From positions 1,728,001 through 1,792,000 of the forward strand of contig CBDCNP010000002.1 of NCBI GenBank assembly GCA_965219415.1: DNA of 64,000 nucleotides, written 5' to 3'. This stretch comes from Candidatus Marinacidobacterales bacterium (GTDB lineage: Bacteria > Acidobacteriota > Vicinamibacteria > Marinacidobacterales > DATDRI01). The notes below the pieces were generated by a model. That model made no database searches. It saw only the letters and a list, made by a program, of their open reading frames with translations, and was not told where the DNA came from. The position numbers and the translations under genes were made by a program. Shown piece by piece: positions 1 through 11,585 of this stretch. How positions within the stretch are numbered: position 1 is the stretch's first letter; the number at the start of each line of letters is the position of its first letter.

Positions 1-1161
1 GAGATCGGACCCTCCGGCGATCCAGCTGTTCCCGAAGGTCTCAAGGGACTCCTGCGTCGAACCGTCCGGAGACTGGTCGAACCGGAGCTGGCGCCCCTCC
101 AAGAAGCGCTCGCGCGTCAGCAAACATTCAATTCCTTCACAGTGCAGTTTCTCAACCGCTACATGGACGCCGCACACCAGCACGCGGTTCGACTGCGCGA
201 ATTTTCGTCGGCCCTCGTTCGCTATGCGCAAAGGGTGGACCGGCTTGCCGATGCCAAGGATCGACTCTACGCTCAATTGGGAAACACGCGAAACGATCTT
301 CTGCTAGAGGCGATGGACAAACGCGTCGAAACGATCACTCTCGGTCTCAAGAGAGCGCAGTCGAAATTGGAATCGATGATGTCTGGCGTCGACCTGGCAC
401 GAACGGAAGTCGAGTCTCTCAGACGCCATATGAAACCGACCTCCGAGACACGCGGAGAGCGCCCGGCCGCGGCTAAACCTGCAGATCCTTTCGAAGCGAG
501 AGAGTACGTGGCCTTCGAACATCGTTTCCGAGGGGAATCGACAGAGATTCGCGATCGACTCGGCGGGTATGTAGTCCACTTCACCGGTGAGGGGCCCATC
601 GTGGAGCTCGGATGCGGCCGAGGCGAGTTCCTCGAGCTGGCTCGGGACGCCGGTCTAGACGCACGGGGCGTAGACGATAACGCCGAAATGGTCAGTACCT
701 GTCGGGAACGGGGCCTGGCGGTGGAGGAGCAAGACCTCTTTACCTATTTGAAAGACGTCGAAGAGGATTCGCTAGGTGGCATCTTCGCGGCTCAGGTCAT
801 CGAGCACTTACCACCGGCGATGCTCAGGGAAACTCTGGCCGCCGCCCATCGAGCCTTGCGCAAGGGCGGAAGAATCGTGCTCGAAACGGTGAATACCAAA
901 AGTGTTTTAGCGCTCATCGAGTCGTTCTACCGCGACTTGACCCACCAGAAGCCGCTGCACCCGGAGACTCTGGATTTTCTCTTGCGATCCTGCGGATTCA
1001 GCGATGTGGTCATCGAGTACCGGAGTCCGGTCAGCGAGCGCGCCAAGCTTCTCAGCGTTTCTCCGCAAGACGCCGATGCACGCACGCTGAATGACAACTT
1101 CCGTAAACTCAACGCCTTTCTCTTCGGAGATCAAGACTACGCGGCGATCGCGACCAAGTAG
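1..1161 (+). CDS. Class I SAM-dependent methyltransferase with N-terminal coiled-coil region (5' partial)
   Basis: Frame open from base 1; motif I VELGCGRGEF, QVIEHL and HQKPLHPETL; long helical N-terminus as in polysaccharide-associated methyltransferases. Confidence 0.8.
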   Translation, partial: EIGPSGDPAVPEGLKGLLRRTVRRLVEPELAPLQEALARQQTFNSFTVQFLNRYMDAAHQHAVRLREFSSALVRYAQRVDRLADAKDRLYAQLGNTRNDLLLEAMDKRVETITLGLKRAQSKLESMMSGVDLARTEVESLRRHMKPTSETRGERPAAAKPADPFEAREYVAFEHRFRGESTEIRDRLGGYVVHFTGEGPIVELGCGRGEFLELARDAGLDARGVDDNAEMVSTCRERGLAVEEQDLFTYLKDVEEDSLGGIFAAQVIEHLPPAMLRETLAAAHRALRKGGRIVLETVNTKSVLALIESFYRDLTHQKPLHPETLDFLLRSCGFSDVVIEYRSPVSERAKLLSVSPQDADARTLNDNFRKLNAFLFGDQDYAAIATK

Positions 1162-1186
1162 CCCCCTTTCACTCGACCCCGGTCTA

Positions 1187-1216
1187 TTGACCTCCTCGCA
1201 CGCATTTGCCTAAGAT
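1187..1216 (+). promoter_or_regulatory. Putative sigma70 promoter for the Rieske-nth-LLM genes
   Basis: TTGACC-N18-TAAGAT about 45 nt upstream of the ATG at 1262. Confidence 0.4.
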
Positions 1217-1261
1217 GCACCCAGTCAACGTGAGGTCGAAACGTAAGGGAGGTAGAGAAGG

Positions 1262-1570
1262 ATGGCCGAATTCGTCAAAGTAGCCTCGACCAGCGATCTG
1301 GCCCCGGGTCAATGCAAGGTTGCCGATGCAGGCGGAAAACCCATCGCCTTGTGCAATGTGAACGGTACCTTTTACGCGATCGACAATACCTGTCTCCACC
1401 AGGGCGGACCACTGGGAGAAGGCTCTATGGAAACCACGACTCTCACTTGTCCGTGGCACGCCTGGCAATGGGACGTCACGACGGGAAAGAGCACCGTCAA
1501 CCCCGCCATGGGCGTCACCTGCTATCCAGTCAAGGTCGAAGGGGACGACGTGATGGTGGAGGTTGGCTGA
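1262..1570 (+). CDS. Rieske [2Fe-2S] ferredoxin (NirD/dioxygenase ferredoxin-like)
   Basis: CxH (CLH) ... CPWH Rieske ligands; 102 aa. Confidence 0.9.
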   Translation: MAEFVKVASTSDLAPGQCKVADAGGKPIALCNVNGTFYAIDNTCLHQGGPLGEGSMETTTLTCPWHAWQWDVTTGKSTVNPAMGVTCYPVKVEGDDVMVEVG

Positions 1571-1643
1571 AGCCAGGTCGGGCCAGGTAGAGATTCTCGA
1601 GCCACTCCCGACCGCCCCGACAGCCTGACTGGAAAAGCCGAAG

Positions 1644-2402
1644 TTGCCGCCCCGCGAATCCAAAGAAGAGCACAGGAAGCGCGCCGGTAAGATCCTCGGC
1701 AAGCTCGGCAAGGAATTTCCTCGGGCCGGAACCGCTCTCCATCACCGGTCTCCGTTCGAACTGTTGGTGGCAACCATCCTGTCCGCCCAATGCACGGATG
1801 AGCGGGTCAACAGAGTAACGCCGCCCTTGTTCGCACGTTTTCCCGAACCGGCCGCTCTCGCCCATGCGGATCGGGGCGAGCTGGAAGAGCTCATACGTTC
1901 CACTGGCTTCTACCGCAACAAGGCGAAATCGGTCCAAGGAGCGTCTCAGAAGATCATCGACGACTTCGAAGGTCGCGTGCCTGAGACGATGGACGAGCTG
2001 CTCCGTCTCCCCGGTGTGGCCCGAAAGACGGCGAACGTCGTAATGGGAAACGGCTTCGGGAAAGCAGCCGGCGTGGTTGTAGACACTCACGTCTTTCGAC
2101 TCTCCCACCGTATGGGGTTTTCGAAGGGGAAGAATCCCGTTCAAGTAGAGAACGATCTGATGGCCCTCTTTTCCAAGAAAGACTGGGTCAACGCGGGTAA
2201 TCGCCTGATTCTTCACGGACGCACCACTTGCATCGCGCGCAACCCCAAGTGTGAAGGGTGCGCGGTGGAAACGCTGTGCCCACGAATCGGAGTCGAGACC
2301 AAGACCAAGAAGTCGACCACATCAACTGGGCCCTCGAGCCCCCACCGATGCTCGAGACCACGTCGGTCACTCCGTGATCGCATCCAAAGCGGCAGGCGCT
2401 GA
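1644..2402 (+). CDS. nth: Endonuclease III
   Basis: LLVATILSAQCTD, HhH LPGVARKTANVV, VDTHV, C-x6-C-x2-C-x5-C 4Fe-4S motif. Confidence 0.95.
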   Translation: MPPRESKEEHRKRAGKILGKLGKEFPRAGTALHHRSPFELLVATILSAQCTDERVNRVTPPLFARFPEPAALAHADRGELEELIRSTGFYRNKAKSVQGASQKIIDDFEGRVPETMDELLRLPGVARKTANVVMGNGFGKAAGVVVDTHVFRLSHRMGFSKGKNPVQVENDLMALFSKKDWVNAGNRLILHGRTTCIARNPKCEGCAVETLCPRIGVETKTKKSTTSTGPSSPHRCSRPRRSLRDRIQSGRR

Positions 2403-2405
2403 CGA

Positions 2406-3425
2406 ATGCGTCTCGGTCTCAACCTCGGATTCCAAACATCTACTCAAGATCCCTCCCCGCTGGCGCTGGAAGCGGAGCGCCTCGGTTATCACTCCGTGTG
2501 GGCGGCGGAAGCCTGGGGCTCCGACGCGGTAAGCGTCCTGGCGTGGGTGGGGGCGCGAACCAAGAGCATCGCGCTGGGCTCCGCGATTCTCCAGATGCCG
2601 GCTCGCACACCAGCAACGACGGCGATGACCGCCGCCACCCTCGACGGCCTGAGCGGCGGCCGGTTTTTGCTCGGACTCGGGATGTCCGGGCCACAGGTGG
2701 TCGAGGGTTGGCACGGCGTGCCATACGGCAAGCCCCTCGTTCGCACTAGGGAGTACATCGAGATCGTGCGCACCATCTTGAAACGCGAAGCCCCTCTCGT
2801 GCACCAAGGCGATCACTACAATATTCCACTGCCCGGCGGCACCGGGCTCGGCAAGGCATTGAAGATGATGCTCCGACCCACTCGCCCGGACATACCGATC
2901 TACCTGGCGGCGATCGGGCCGCGAAATACAACGCTTGCGGCAGAGGTGGCAGACGGATGGTTGCCGATTTTCTTCTCACCGTTTCACCGAGAAGTCTTCC
3001 AGGAACATCTCGACGCCGGCAGGCTCAAACGTCCGGCCGACCGGAAGGACAAACCCTTCGATATCGCTCCCATGGTCGGCATTACTCTCGGTGACGACCT
3101 GGCCAGCTGCTGGGACTCTCACAAACCAAGCTTGGCGCTTTACTTTGGCGGAATGGGGGCCAAAGGACGCAATTTCTATTTCGATCTCGCGTGTCGCTAC
3201 GGTTATGAAGAGGCGGCCACCAAAATTCAGGGGCTCTATCTGAGCGGAAAGAAAGCGGAGGCTATCGCTGCCGTGCCCGACGAGCTCGTCGACGAGGTGA
3301 CCCTCTGCGGACCGCGTTCCCGCCTGGCGGAGAGGTTGTCGGCATGGAAGGAAGCCGGTGTGACAACCTTGATCTGCACCACTAGCGACCCGACCACGTT
3401 GCGAACCATAGCCGAAATCGCGTGA
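2406..3425 (+). CDS. LLM class (F420-dependent type) oxidoreductase
   Basis: Luciferase-like motifs [32 protein letters not shown]. Confidence 0.85.
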   Translation: MRLGLNLGFQTSTQDPSPLALEAERLGYHSVWAAEAWGSDAVSVLAWVGARTKSIALGSAILQMPARTPATTAMTAATLDGLSGGRFLLGLGMSGPQVVEGWHGVPYGKPLVRTREYIEIVRTILKREAPLVHQGDHYNIPLPGGTGLGKALKMMLRPTRPDIPIYLAAIGPRNTTLAAEVADGWLPIFFSPFHREVFQEHLDAGRLKRPADRKDKPFDIAPMVGITLGDDLASCWDSHKPSLALYFGGMGAKGRNFYFDLACRYGYEEAATKIQGLYLSGKKAEAIAAVPDELVDEVTLCGPRSRLAERLSAWKEAGVTTLICTTSDPTTLRTIAEIA

Positions 3426-3464
3426 TCGCACGAATAAAGTACGACTTGGTGCGAAACCGTTGGC

Positions 3465-3493
3465 TTGTGGCCAACCGACGGCGTCTCTATAAT
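3465..3493 (+). promoter_or_regulatory. Putative sigma70 promoter
   Basis: TTGTGG-N17-TATAAT upstream of the VWA gene. Confidence 0.4.
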
Positions 3494-3546
3494 GCGCTTG
3501 AGTTTGGTGGCGGCCACCAAATTCCACGCCCCCGCAAGGAGTATCG

Positions 3547-5451
3547 ATGTTTAGGTTTCGCCCATGCACCATGCTCATGGTCGTAGCGGCGGTCGTGCTG
3601 ACCAGTCTGGCCTCTTCGTTTCAAGAGCAAGATCAAACACCGCAGGAGCCGCCGCGATTTCGAGCCGAGGTCGCGGCGGTCTTGGTGGACCTTTTGGTCC
3701 TGGATGAGCAGGGACGACCGCTTGCCGGCCTTGGTCGAGAGAATTTTCAAGTTCTGGAAGACGACGTGCTTCAGGAGATCGAGAATTTCGAAGTGATCGA
3801 CTGGAGCTCATACGTCGGCCGCGACGCGCCGCAGGGCGAGCCCAGGGAACCGGACCCGCGAGCGGTTGTAAATGCTTTTCCCCGCCGGTTCATCTTTATC
3901 ATCAATCGGCAGAACGCCCGCACGCGGTTTATCCGAAGAGCCAAGTTAGCCCTGGAGAACTTCGTCGTAGAATCCATGGCCGATGAAGATGAAGCACTCG
4001 TCCTCGACATGGGCATTTCCACGAAAGTCCTCCAACAGTTCAAGGACTCGAAACAAGAGACGATCCAGACGATCCGAAAGATCTCCCTCTTGGAAGCCGA
4101 CCTCTACCGAGGCACCGGTAGCGATCTTGGCACACGCAATGTGTACGACACGCTCGAGAGCTTGGGACAGGGTCTCGGACAATTCCCCGGACGCAAGATC
4201 GTCATTTTCATGTCACCGGAGCTTGGCCAAACTCAGAATCTAATCACTTGGCTCGAAGATACCGTCGACGCCTTCAACCAATCGAACACCACCGTCTACT
4301 CGATCGACATCAACGGAGTCGGGGGGTTCTCGCCCGCGAGTAGCCAGACGCCGATCTCCTCTTCGGATGCGTTTGGCATAGGAGGACTCTTTCCCCTCGC
4401 TAACGAGACCGGAGGCAGGTACTACTACAACCTCAACACGTTCGAGCCAGTACTTCGCAGGATAGGCATCGAGAACAGCCGGTACTATCAATTCACATAC
4501 ACTTCCACGAACACCAACTACGACGGCAAGTATCGCACCATCCAGGTAAGAGTCGATCGGCCGAACGCGGTGGTGGTCGCGCGTCGCGGCTATTTTGCAA
4601 GGAAAGCACCGGCACCGTTGGAAGCGGAGGCGATTCCAGAGGAGCCGAGCCCCGCTCCCGCGCCAGCGAGCGCGACGGAGCCGGCGGTAGAGCCCGCCGC
4701 CGAGGCCAGAGAAGCGACAAGCGAGATTCCCCCTGGGCCCGCGCCCCCGGAACAAGTCGAGATCACGACCTATCTCTTCCCCGCGGGTGATCAAGTCGAG
4801 GTCCCCATCGTCGTCGCCCTCCCACTGGACATGGTGACGTCGGAAGATGGAGTGGCGAAGCGGACGCTCAAGCTGACGATCACCGACGAAGCACGGACGG
4901 TGGCCGAGTTCAAGGACGAAATCGGCCCCACCAGGTTTTTTGTGGTCCAAAACCCCCGCCTGGCCCCGGGGCTCTACCTGCTACAGCTGACGGTCGAGAC
5001 TTCCGGGGAACAGATTTATCAAGCTTCCACAGCTCTCGAAGTCCCTGAAGGATTCGGCGAACGTTTCGGTTTCTCGAGCATAGTCCCCGTGTTTCCGCCT
5101 TCCGCCGGTGCTTCGGGAGGCGGGCAGTCGATCGAAATCCGACCCACGCCAAACCTGAGTCGGGGCGAGGATGCCTTCCTCTACTTCCGCGTTTTTCCCG
5201 GCGAAGGTGCCACCGCGGCGGAGAACGACACCAAATTAACTTACGTCATTTCCCAGGACGATCGAGAGCTGAGATCCGGCGGACACGCTTCGTCACTCAA
5301 ACTCACCGAAGCCGGCGATGCCGGATTCCCGGTGCTGCTCAGGTTGCCAACCTCGGATCTGCCGCGTGGGTCCTACCGGGCGGTGCTACGCGTCGCGAGC
5401 CCCAGTCTGGGGCGACGAGCCGCTTCCGAGATCGAGCTGACGATCTACTGA
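3547..5451 (+). CDS. VWA domain-containing exported protein (Acidobacterial VWFA-related type)
   Basis: Signal peptide; FRAEV..VLVDLLVLD..GRPLAGL..FQVLED, PGRKIVIFMS, LANETGG, YDGKYRTIQVRV..ARRGYFA; Pro/Ala linker then C-terminal beta-rich domain. Confidence 0.8.
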   Translation: MFRFRPCTMLMVVAAVVLTSLASSFQEQDQTPQEPPRFRAEVAAVLVDLLVLDEQGRPLAGLGRENFQVLEDDVLQEIENFEVIDWSSYVGRDAPQGEPREPDPRAVVNAFPRRFIFIINRQNARTRFIRRAKLALENFVVESMADEDEALVLDMGISTKVLQQFKDSKQETIQTIRKISLLEADLYRGTGSDLGTRNVYDTLESLGQGLGQFPGRKIVIFMSPELGQTQNLITWLEDTVDAFNQSNTTVYSIDINGVGGFSPASSQTPISSSDAFGIGGLFPLANETGGRYYYNLNTFEPVLRRIGIENSRYYQFTYTSTNTNYDGKYRTIQVRVDRPNAVVVARRGYFARKAPAPLEAEAIPEEPSPAPAPASATEPAVEPAAEAREATSEIPPGPAPPEQVEITTYLFPAGDQVEVPIVVALPLDMVTSEDGVAKRTLKLTITDEARTVAEFKDEIGPTRFFVVQNPRLAPGLYLLQLTVETSGEQIYQASTALEVPEGFGERFGFSSIVPVFPPSAGASGGGQSIEIRPTPNLSRGEDAFLYFRVFPGEGATAAENDTKLTYVISQDDRELRSGGHASSLKLTEAGDAGFPVLLRLPTSDLPRGSYRAVLRVASPSLGRRAASEIELTIY

Positions 5452-5464
5452 CCTCGAGCTTCGA

Positions 5465-6190
5465 ATGCAAGTCGACGTGCTCGCCTTCGGCCCGCATCCG
5501 GATGACGTCGAGTTGTTCGTGGGCGGGACGCTACTGCGCCTGGCCGCCCAAGGACATCGCACCGCTATTATCGATCTCACCGCCGGTGAGATGGGCACCC
5601 GGGGTACACAAGAGCAAAGAAAGTCGGAGGCTGGAGAGGCGGCGAAGATCTTGGGTGTTGCGAGCCGCCGTTGTCTCGATTTAGGCGACGGTCGATTGGC
5701 CGCGGATTGGCCGGGCAAGATCGCGGTCGCGGAAGCGATTCGTGAACTCAAACCGCGTTTGGTCATTACCAACTATTGGGAAAGCAACCACCCCGATCAC
5801 GCCGTCTCCGGTCGGCTGGTCGCAGAAGCCACCTATCTGGCAGGACTCACCAAGCTCGAAGCGAGCGGTGAGCCGCACCGCCCCAACCGCGTGCTTTACT
5901 ACTTCCTCCCTTACCGTGTCGCGCCGTCGTTCGTGGTCGACGTGACCGACTACTACGACAAGAAACTACAAGCGATCGAGGCATACCGCTCCCAGTTCCA
6001 TGATCCGGACTCGCACGAGCCCAAAACGTTTATCAGCCATCCGGATTTCTTGGCGCGTATGGAAGGGATCCATCGCTACTTCGGCTCTCTCATCGACGTG
6101 AAGCTCGGGGAGGCTTTCTTCGTGCGGGAAGCGTTGAACGTAGATGACCTCGTGAGTTTCTTCGATCAACCGGCCACGCGCTTCGCTTAG
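5465..6190 (+). CDS. bshB1: Bacillithiol biosynthesis deacetylase (PIG-L family)
   Basis: HPDDVE, DLTAGEMGTRGT, HPDH, AYRSQF motifs. Confidence 0.85.
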   Translation: MQVDVLAFGPHPDDVELFVGGTLLRLAAQGHRTAIIDLTAGEMGTRGTQEQRKSEAGEAAKILGVASRRCLDLGDGRLAADWPGKIAVAEAIRELKPRLVITNYWESNHPDHAVSGRLVAEATYLAGLTKLEASGEPHRPNRVLYYFLPYRVAPSFVVDVTDYYDKKLQAIEAYRSQFHDPDSHEPKTFISHPDFLARMEGIHRYFGSLIDVKLGEAFFVREALNVDDLVSFFDQPATRFA

Positions 6191-6213
6191 GCGAAAAAAA
6201 CTAGACGAGCAGG

Positions 6214-6231
6214 ATCTCGTCCGGACGAGAT
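6214..6231. terminator. Perfect 18-bp palindrome between convergent genes (possible terminator or stabiliser hairpin)
   Basis: ATCTCGTCCGGACGAGAT; no clear U-tract. Confidence 0.35.
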
Positions 6232-6315
6232 TCCGCAAGCAAAGTAGAAGGGATTTGCGTTCTTCCAGAAGAAGATTAATGCCTCTCGACTGAAGTCATC
6301 GCCGAGTGGCCGTGC

Positions 6316-7062
6316 CTAGTGGACGGTGGGCCCACCGCCGCCGCGCTTTTCGTAATACTGCTCGAATTTCTTGCGCAGCCTCTTCATTCGCCAACGACGG
6401 TAGGAATCCTGGATGAATCCGCCGCCTGTTTCTTTGCCGGCTCCGCCTCTACCCCTGACACCGCCCCAACAAAGGTAGAGGTAGCCCACGACGAGTCCGC
6501 CCAGATGGGCGAGGTGAGAGACTCCAGATGCTCCACCCAGCGAAGAGAGAAAGCTGATGAGGCCCATGATCATCACGAAGTACTTCGCCTGAATCGGAAA
6601 GAAGAAAATGAAGAAGACGTTCATGTAAACAACGCGGTTGGGAAAGTACATCGCGAAGGCGACGAGTAGTCCGTAAATCGCTCCTGATGCGCCAATCACC
6701 GGGTAGCCGGCCACTAGCGCAAAGACTCCCGCACCTACCCCGCAAATAAGATAGTAGCGAACGAAAAAGGGCGTCCCCCAGAGCCTTTCCATCTCACCCC
6801 CGAACATGAACAAAATGAGCATGTTGATGAGAATGTGGAAGAGGCTCCCGGGATCGTGAAGAAACATGTACGTGACCAGCTGCCAGACATAGAAACTGCC
6901 CAGCACCTGGGACGGGTCGAGACGGAACCAAGTCGTGATCGGGTCGTAGAGCTGTTGTAACACATAGATAAGGACGTTTGAGATAAGGAGATACTTGACC
7001 GCCGGCGTCAGCGGTCCTCCGAATGACCAGGTTGCGGTTCCACCGCGATAGGGACGTCCCAT
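6316..7062 (-). CDS. Rhomboid family intramembrane serine protease
   Basis: WQLVTYMFLH, HILINM, GASG catalytic Ser, AHLGG catalytic His. Confidence 0.92.
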   Translation of the reverse strand: MGRPYRGGTATWSFGGPLTPAVKYLLISNVLIYVLQQLYDPITTWFRLDPSQVLGSFYVWQLVTYMFLHDPGSLFHILINMLILFMFGGEMERLWGTPFFVRYYLICGVGAGVFALVAGYPVIGASGAIYGLLVAFAMYFPNRVVYMNVFFIFFFPIQAKYFVMIMGLISFLSSLGGASGVSHLAHLGGLVVGYLYLCWGGVRGRGGAGKETGGGFIQDSYRRWRMKRLRKKFEQYYEKRGGGGPTVH

Positions 7063-7160
7063 TCGTTACCTCGCCCGGATTCTCTCAACTCCGGGTGGAC
7101 GGGTCAAATTAAATGGATTGACGTCCTTTCCTAGACTAGGAAGACCGTCAAACCTGCTGT

Positions 7161-7274
7161 CCCTCTCCCCTTCCGCCTACGCTAAAGCTTCGGCGAGACC
7201 ACGCCGTTAGCCGTTGTCACGCGGAGGACCCTCCAACGGCGAAGGCGGGTTGGGGAGAGGGATCGGGTGAGGGG
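7161..7274. repeat. REP-like hairpin (CCCTCTCCCC...GGGGAGAGGG-ATCGGGTGAGGGG; family C) with a family-A palindromic unit (7173-7249) in its loop
   Basis: Outer stem 7161-7170/7252-7261; inner CCGCCTACGCTAAAGCTTCGGCG...CGAAGGCGGG. Confidence 0.75.
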
Positions 7275-7314
7275 TCAATCGAAGCTGGCTTCCCTCCTTT
7301 AATCCCTTGTATCT

Positions 7315-8473
<1,159 letters not shown>

Positions 8474-8483
8474 GACAGTTGCT

Positions 8484-8560
8484 CTCCCTTCCGCCTTCGC
8501 TAACATGAATTCGCTAGAGCTTCGGCAGACCCGCCGAAGTTCTCAAGAAACTACGTGGAG
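8484..8560. repeat. Right half of the IS110 target repeat plus a degenerate family-A palindromic unit
   Basis: CTCCCTT-CCGCCTTCGCTA...GAGCTTCGGCAGACCCGCCGAAG resembles 7164-7210. Confidence 0.65.
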
Positions 8561-8565
8561 GTTAT

Positions 8566-11415
8566 CTAGGCAGCCGCTCTTAGAATCTTCGCGAGAAACT
8601 GACCGCTATAGGAAGTAGAGACCAGCGCGACCTCTTCGGGGGTACCGCTTGCCACGACCATTCCGCCACGTCCCCCGCCTTCTGGACCGAGGTCGATCAG
8701 ATAATCGGCGGTCTTGATCACATCCAAGTTGTGCTCGATCACCACGACCGAGTTACCCGCGTCGACCAAGCGATTCAATACGCGTAGCAGGCGGGCGATG
8801 TCGTCGAAGTGGAGGCCGGTTGTGGGCTCGTCCAATACGTAGAGTGTGCGACCGGTGGACCGCTTGGCGAGCTCGCGGGAAAGCTTGACCCGTTGCGCCT
8901 CGCCTCCGGAAAGCGTGGGCGAACTCTGTCCGAGCCGGATGTAACCGAGACCGACGTCGATGACGGTCCCCAGAATGCGGTGAATGGACGGATGATTCTG
9001 GAAGAGCTCCGCCGCCTCGGCCGCGGTGAGATCGAGGACATCGGCGATGGAAAGCCCCTTGTAACGCACTTGCAGCGTCACCTCGTTGAAACGCCTTCCT
9101 CCACAAAGCTCACACGGCACATAGACGTCCGCCAAGAAGTGCATCTCTACTTTAATGTCCCCGTCTCCTTGGCACTGCTCGCAGCGGCCGCCCTTCACAT
9201 TAAAAGAGAACCGACCCGGCGCATATCCACGCATTCGAGACTCGGGCAAAGTTGCGAACAAGTTACGGATCTCGTCGAAGACCTTGGTGTAAGTAGCCGG
9301 GTTCGAGCGTGGGGTGCGGCCTATCGGCGCCTGGTCGATATCGATGATTTTGTCGAGATGTCCGAGACCGCGGATCGTTTGGTGCTCTCCCACCCGGACG
9401 TCTGAACGATGGAGGGCTCGTGCCAGCGCAGGGTAAAGAATATGGTTCACCAAAGTGCTCTTGCCTGCTCCAGAGACACCGGTCACCGCAACCAAAAGCC
9501 CGAGCGGGATGCGCACGTCGATATTCTGAAGATTGTTCTCCCGCGCCCCCTTGACCTCCACGAAACGCCGACCCGGCCGACGTCGCGTCTCGGGAACCGG
9601 GATCGAAAGTCCCCAGGACAGATACCGACCGGTGAGGGAGCTCGTGTTGCGACGCACTTCGTCGGGGGTTCCGGTTGCCACGATCCCCCCACCCTGAACT
9701 CCGGCCCCCGGGCCGAAGTCGATCAAATAATCGGCAGCTTCGATGGTCTCCCGATCGTGCTCCACCACGATGACGCTATTGCCGATGTCCCTGAGATGAC
9801 GAAGCGCTCCAATCAGCTTGGCGTTATCGCGCGAGTGGAGCCCGATCGACGGCTCGTCCAAGATATAGATCACGCCGGTCAGCTCGGAACCTATTTGGCT
9901 GGCCAAGCGAATTCGTTGCGACTCGCCGCCGGAAAGTGTCGGGGCCAATCGGTCGAGCGAAAGGTAGCTCAGCCCCACGTCGCGCAGGAAACGGAGACGG
10001 TTCGTGATCTCCTTCAGGAGCTCCGCCCCGATCATCGCATCGGTGCCCTTTAGCTCAGCGGTGGTAATGAATAGGTAGGCATCGTCGATGGTCAATGCCG
10101 ACACATCGGTGATGCTCTTGCCGGCGACCCGCACCGAGCGCGCCTCTGGTCGCAGCCGTGTACCGTCACAGCTCGAACACGACTTGTCGGAAAGGTACCG
10201 AGCGTAGTACTTACGGGCCCTTTCCGAGTGCGTATCTTTCAATCGGCGAAAGAGTGCGTTGACGATCCCTTCGAAACGCATCCGAAACGAACCCGAGCCC
10301 GAGTCACCTTTCCAACGGAACTGCACCTTCTTCTTTCCCAAGCCGTAGAGGATGATCTCCCGGTGCTCTTTCGGAAGCTTGGTCCACGGGCGATCGAGAT
10401 CGATCTCGTGTTTGCGAGCGACTCGCCTCAAGAGGTTGGCGGTCCAACCTCTCTTCTCCTTGATAGGGCCCCATGGCTTGAGCGCCCCTTGATTGATGGA
10501 CAAGGAGTCGTCGGGTATCAAGAGTTCGGGGTCGATTTCCGCCTTGGTCCCTAGTCCGTTGCATTCGGGGCACATACCTTGTGGCGAATTGAAGGAAAAA
10601 AGCTGGGGCGAGAGTTCAGGGAAGCTGAGCCCACAGGAATGGCAGGCACGGTGCTCGGAGAACAAGCGGTCTTCGATAGCGGTTGCGCCCGAATCCTTTA
10701 CGAAAGCGACGATCAGGACGCCGCCGCCGTAGCGCAGGGCGGTCTCCACCGAGTCGGCGACGCGGCTACCAGACTCGGGCTTGGCCACCAATCGGTCCAC
10801 TACTAGCTCGAGCGTGTGCTTTTTCTTCTTATCCAGCTCGATCTCTTCATCGAGCGAACGAAACTTGCCGTCGAGACGAATCCGGGTAAAACCACTGCGG
10901 CGAACCTGCTCGAGTACTTCCCGGTGCTCTCCCTTTCGCTCCGAAATAAGGGGGGCCAGAATCTGGAATCGGGTACCGGAATCGAACGCTAGGATCTCGT
11001 CCACGATCTGCTGTGAGGTTTGCTGTGCAACTGCCCGCCCGCACTGGTGGCAATGAAGCTTCCCGATGCGGGCGTAGAAAACACGGAGGTAGTCATAAAT
11101 CTCGGTGATCGTTCCCACCGTGGAACGAGGATTGTGTCCGGCTGATTTCTGATCGACGGAGATCGTCGGGGAAAGCCCGCGAATCGTATCGTAGAGGGGT
11201 TTATCCATCTGTCCCAAGAACTGGCGGGCGTAGCTAGAAAGCGACTCCACGTAGCGCCGCTGCCCCTCGGCGTAGAGCGTGTCGAACGCCAAGGAGGATT
11301 TTCCCGACCCCGACACGCCGGTGAAGACCACCAGTTTTTTCTTGGGGATCTCGACGGTAACGTTCTTGAGGTTGTGCTGGCGGGCTCCTTTGACGACCAG
11401 ACGGTCCGGCTCCAT
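8566..11415 (-). CDS. uvrA: Excinuclease ABC subunit A
   Basis: [18 protein letters not shown], two ABC signatures LSGGE, zinc fingers; 949 aa. Confidence 0.98.
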   Translation of the reverse strand: MEPDRLVVKGARQHNLKNVTVEIPKKKLVVFTGVSGSGKSSLAFDTLYAEGQRRYVESLSSYARQFLGQMDKPLYDTIRGLSPTISVDQKSAGHNPRSTVGTITEIYDYLRVFYARIGKLHCHQCGRAVAQQTSQQIVDEILAFDSGTRFQILAPLISERKGEHREVLEQVRRSGFTRIRLDGKFRSLDEEIELDKKKKHTLELVVDRLVAKPESGSRVADSVETALRYGGGVLIVAFVKDSGATAIEDRLFSEHRACHSCGLSFPELSPQLFSFNSPQGMCPECNGLGTKAEIDPELLIPDDSLSINQGALKPWGPIKEKRGWTANLLRRVARKHEIDLDRPWTKLPKEHREIILYGLGKKKVQFRWKGDSGSGSFRMRFEGIVNALFRRLKDTHSERARKYYARYLSDKSCSSCDGTRLRPEARSVRVAGKSITDVSALTIDDAYLFITTAELKGTDAMIGAELLKEITNRLRFLRDVGLSYLSLDRLAPTLSGGESQRIRLASQIGSELTGVIYILDEPSIGLHSRDNAKLIGALRHLRDIGNSVIVVEHDRETIEAADYLIDFGPGAGVQGGGIVATGTPDEVRRNTSSLTGRYLSWGLSIPVPETRRRPGRRFVEVKGARENNLQNIDVRIPLGLLVAVTGVSGAGKSTLVNHILYPALARALHRSDVRVGEHQTIRGLGHLDKIIDIDQAPIGRTPRSNPATYTKVFDEIRNLFATLPESRMRGYAPGRFSFNVKGGRCEQCQGDGDIKVEMHFLADVYVPCELCGGRRFNEVTLQVRYKGLSIADVLDLTAAEAAELFQNHPSIHRILGTVIDVGLGYIRLGQSSPTLSGGEAQRVKLSRELAKRSTGRTLYVLDEPTTGLHFDDIARLLRVLNRLVDAGNSVVVIEHNLDVIKTADYLIDLGPEGGGRGGMVVASGTPEEVALVSTSYSGQFLAKILRAAA

Positions 11416-11493
11416 GCTCCCTTTCCTCTACTGCCTCAGTGCGCGCTCACTCCTCGTTCGCGCGCTTGACGCCTCGCTCCTCCATTCACGGCC

Positions 11494-11552
11494 GCGGGGC
11501 CCCACCCCCTCGTCCCTTCGCCAGCAAGCTTTCAGGACAGCTGATGGCTCCT
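11494..11552. repeat. Family-B interspersed repeat
   Basis: GCGGGGCCCCACC...CGTCCCTTCGCCAGCAAG...GGACAGCTGATGGCTCCT, closely similar to 39711-39775. Confidence 0.75.
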
Positions 11553-11585
11553 CGGGCAGGGCGCAGTGAATTCGTCAGCACCCGG

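Noticed and set aside
11416-11585. LexA box upstream of uvrA
   Set aside because: No recognisable CTGT-N8-ACAG, GAAC-N4-GTTC or GTTC-N7-GTTC site; the region is occupied by a family-B repeat
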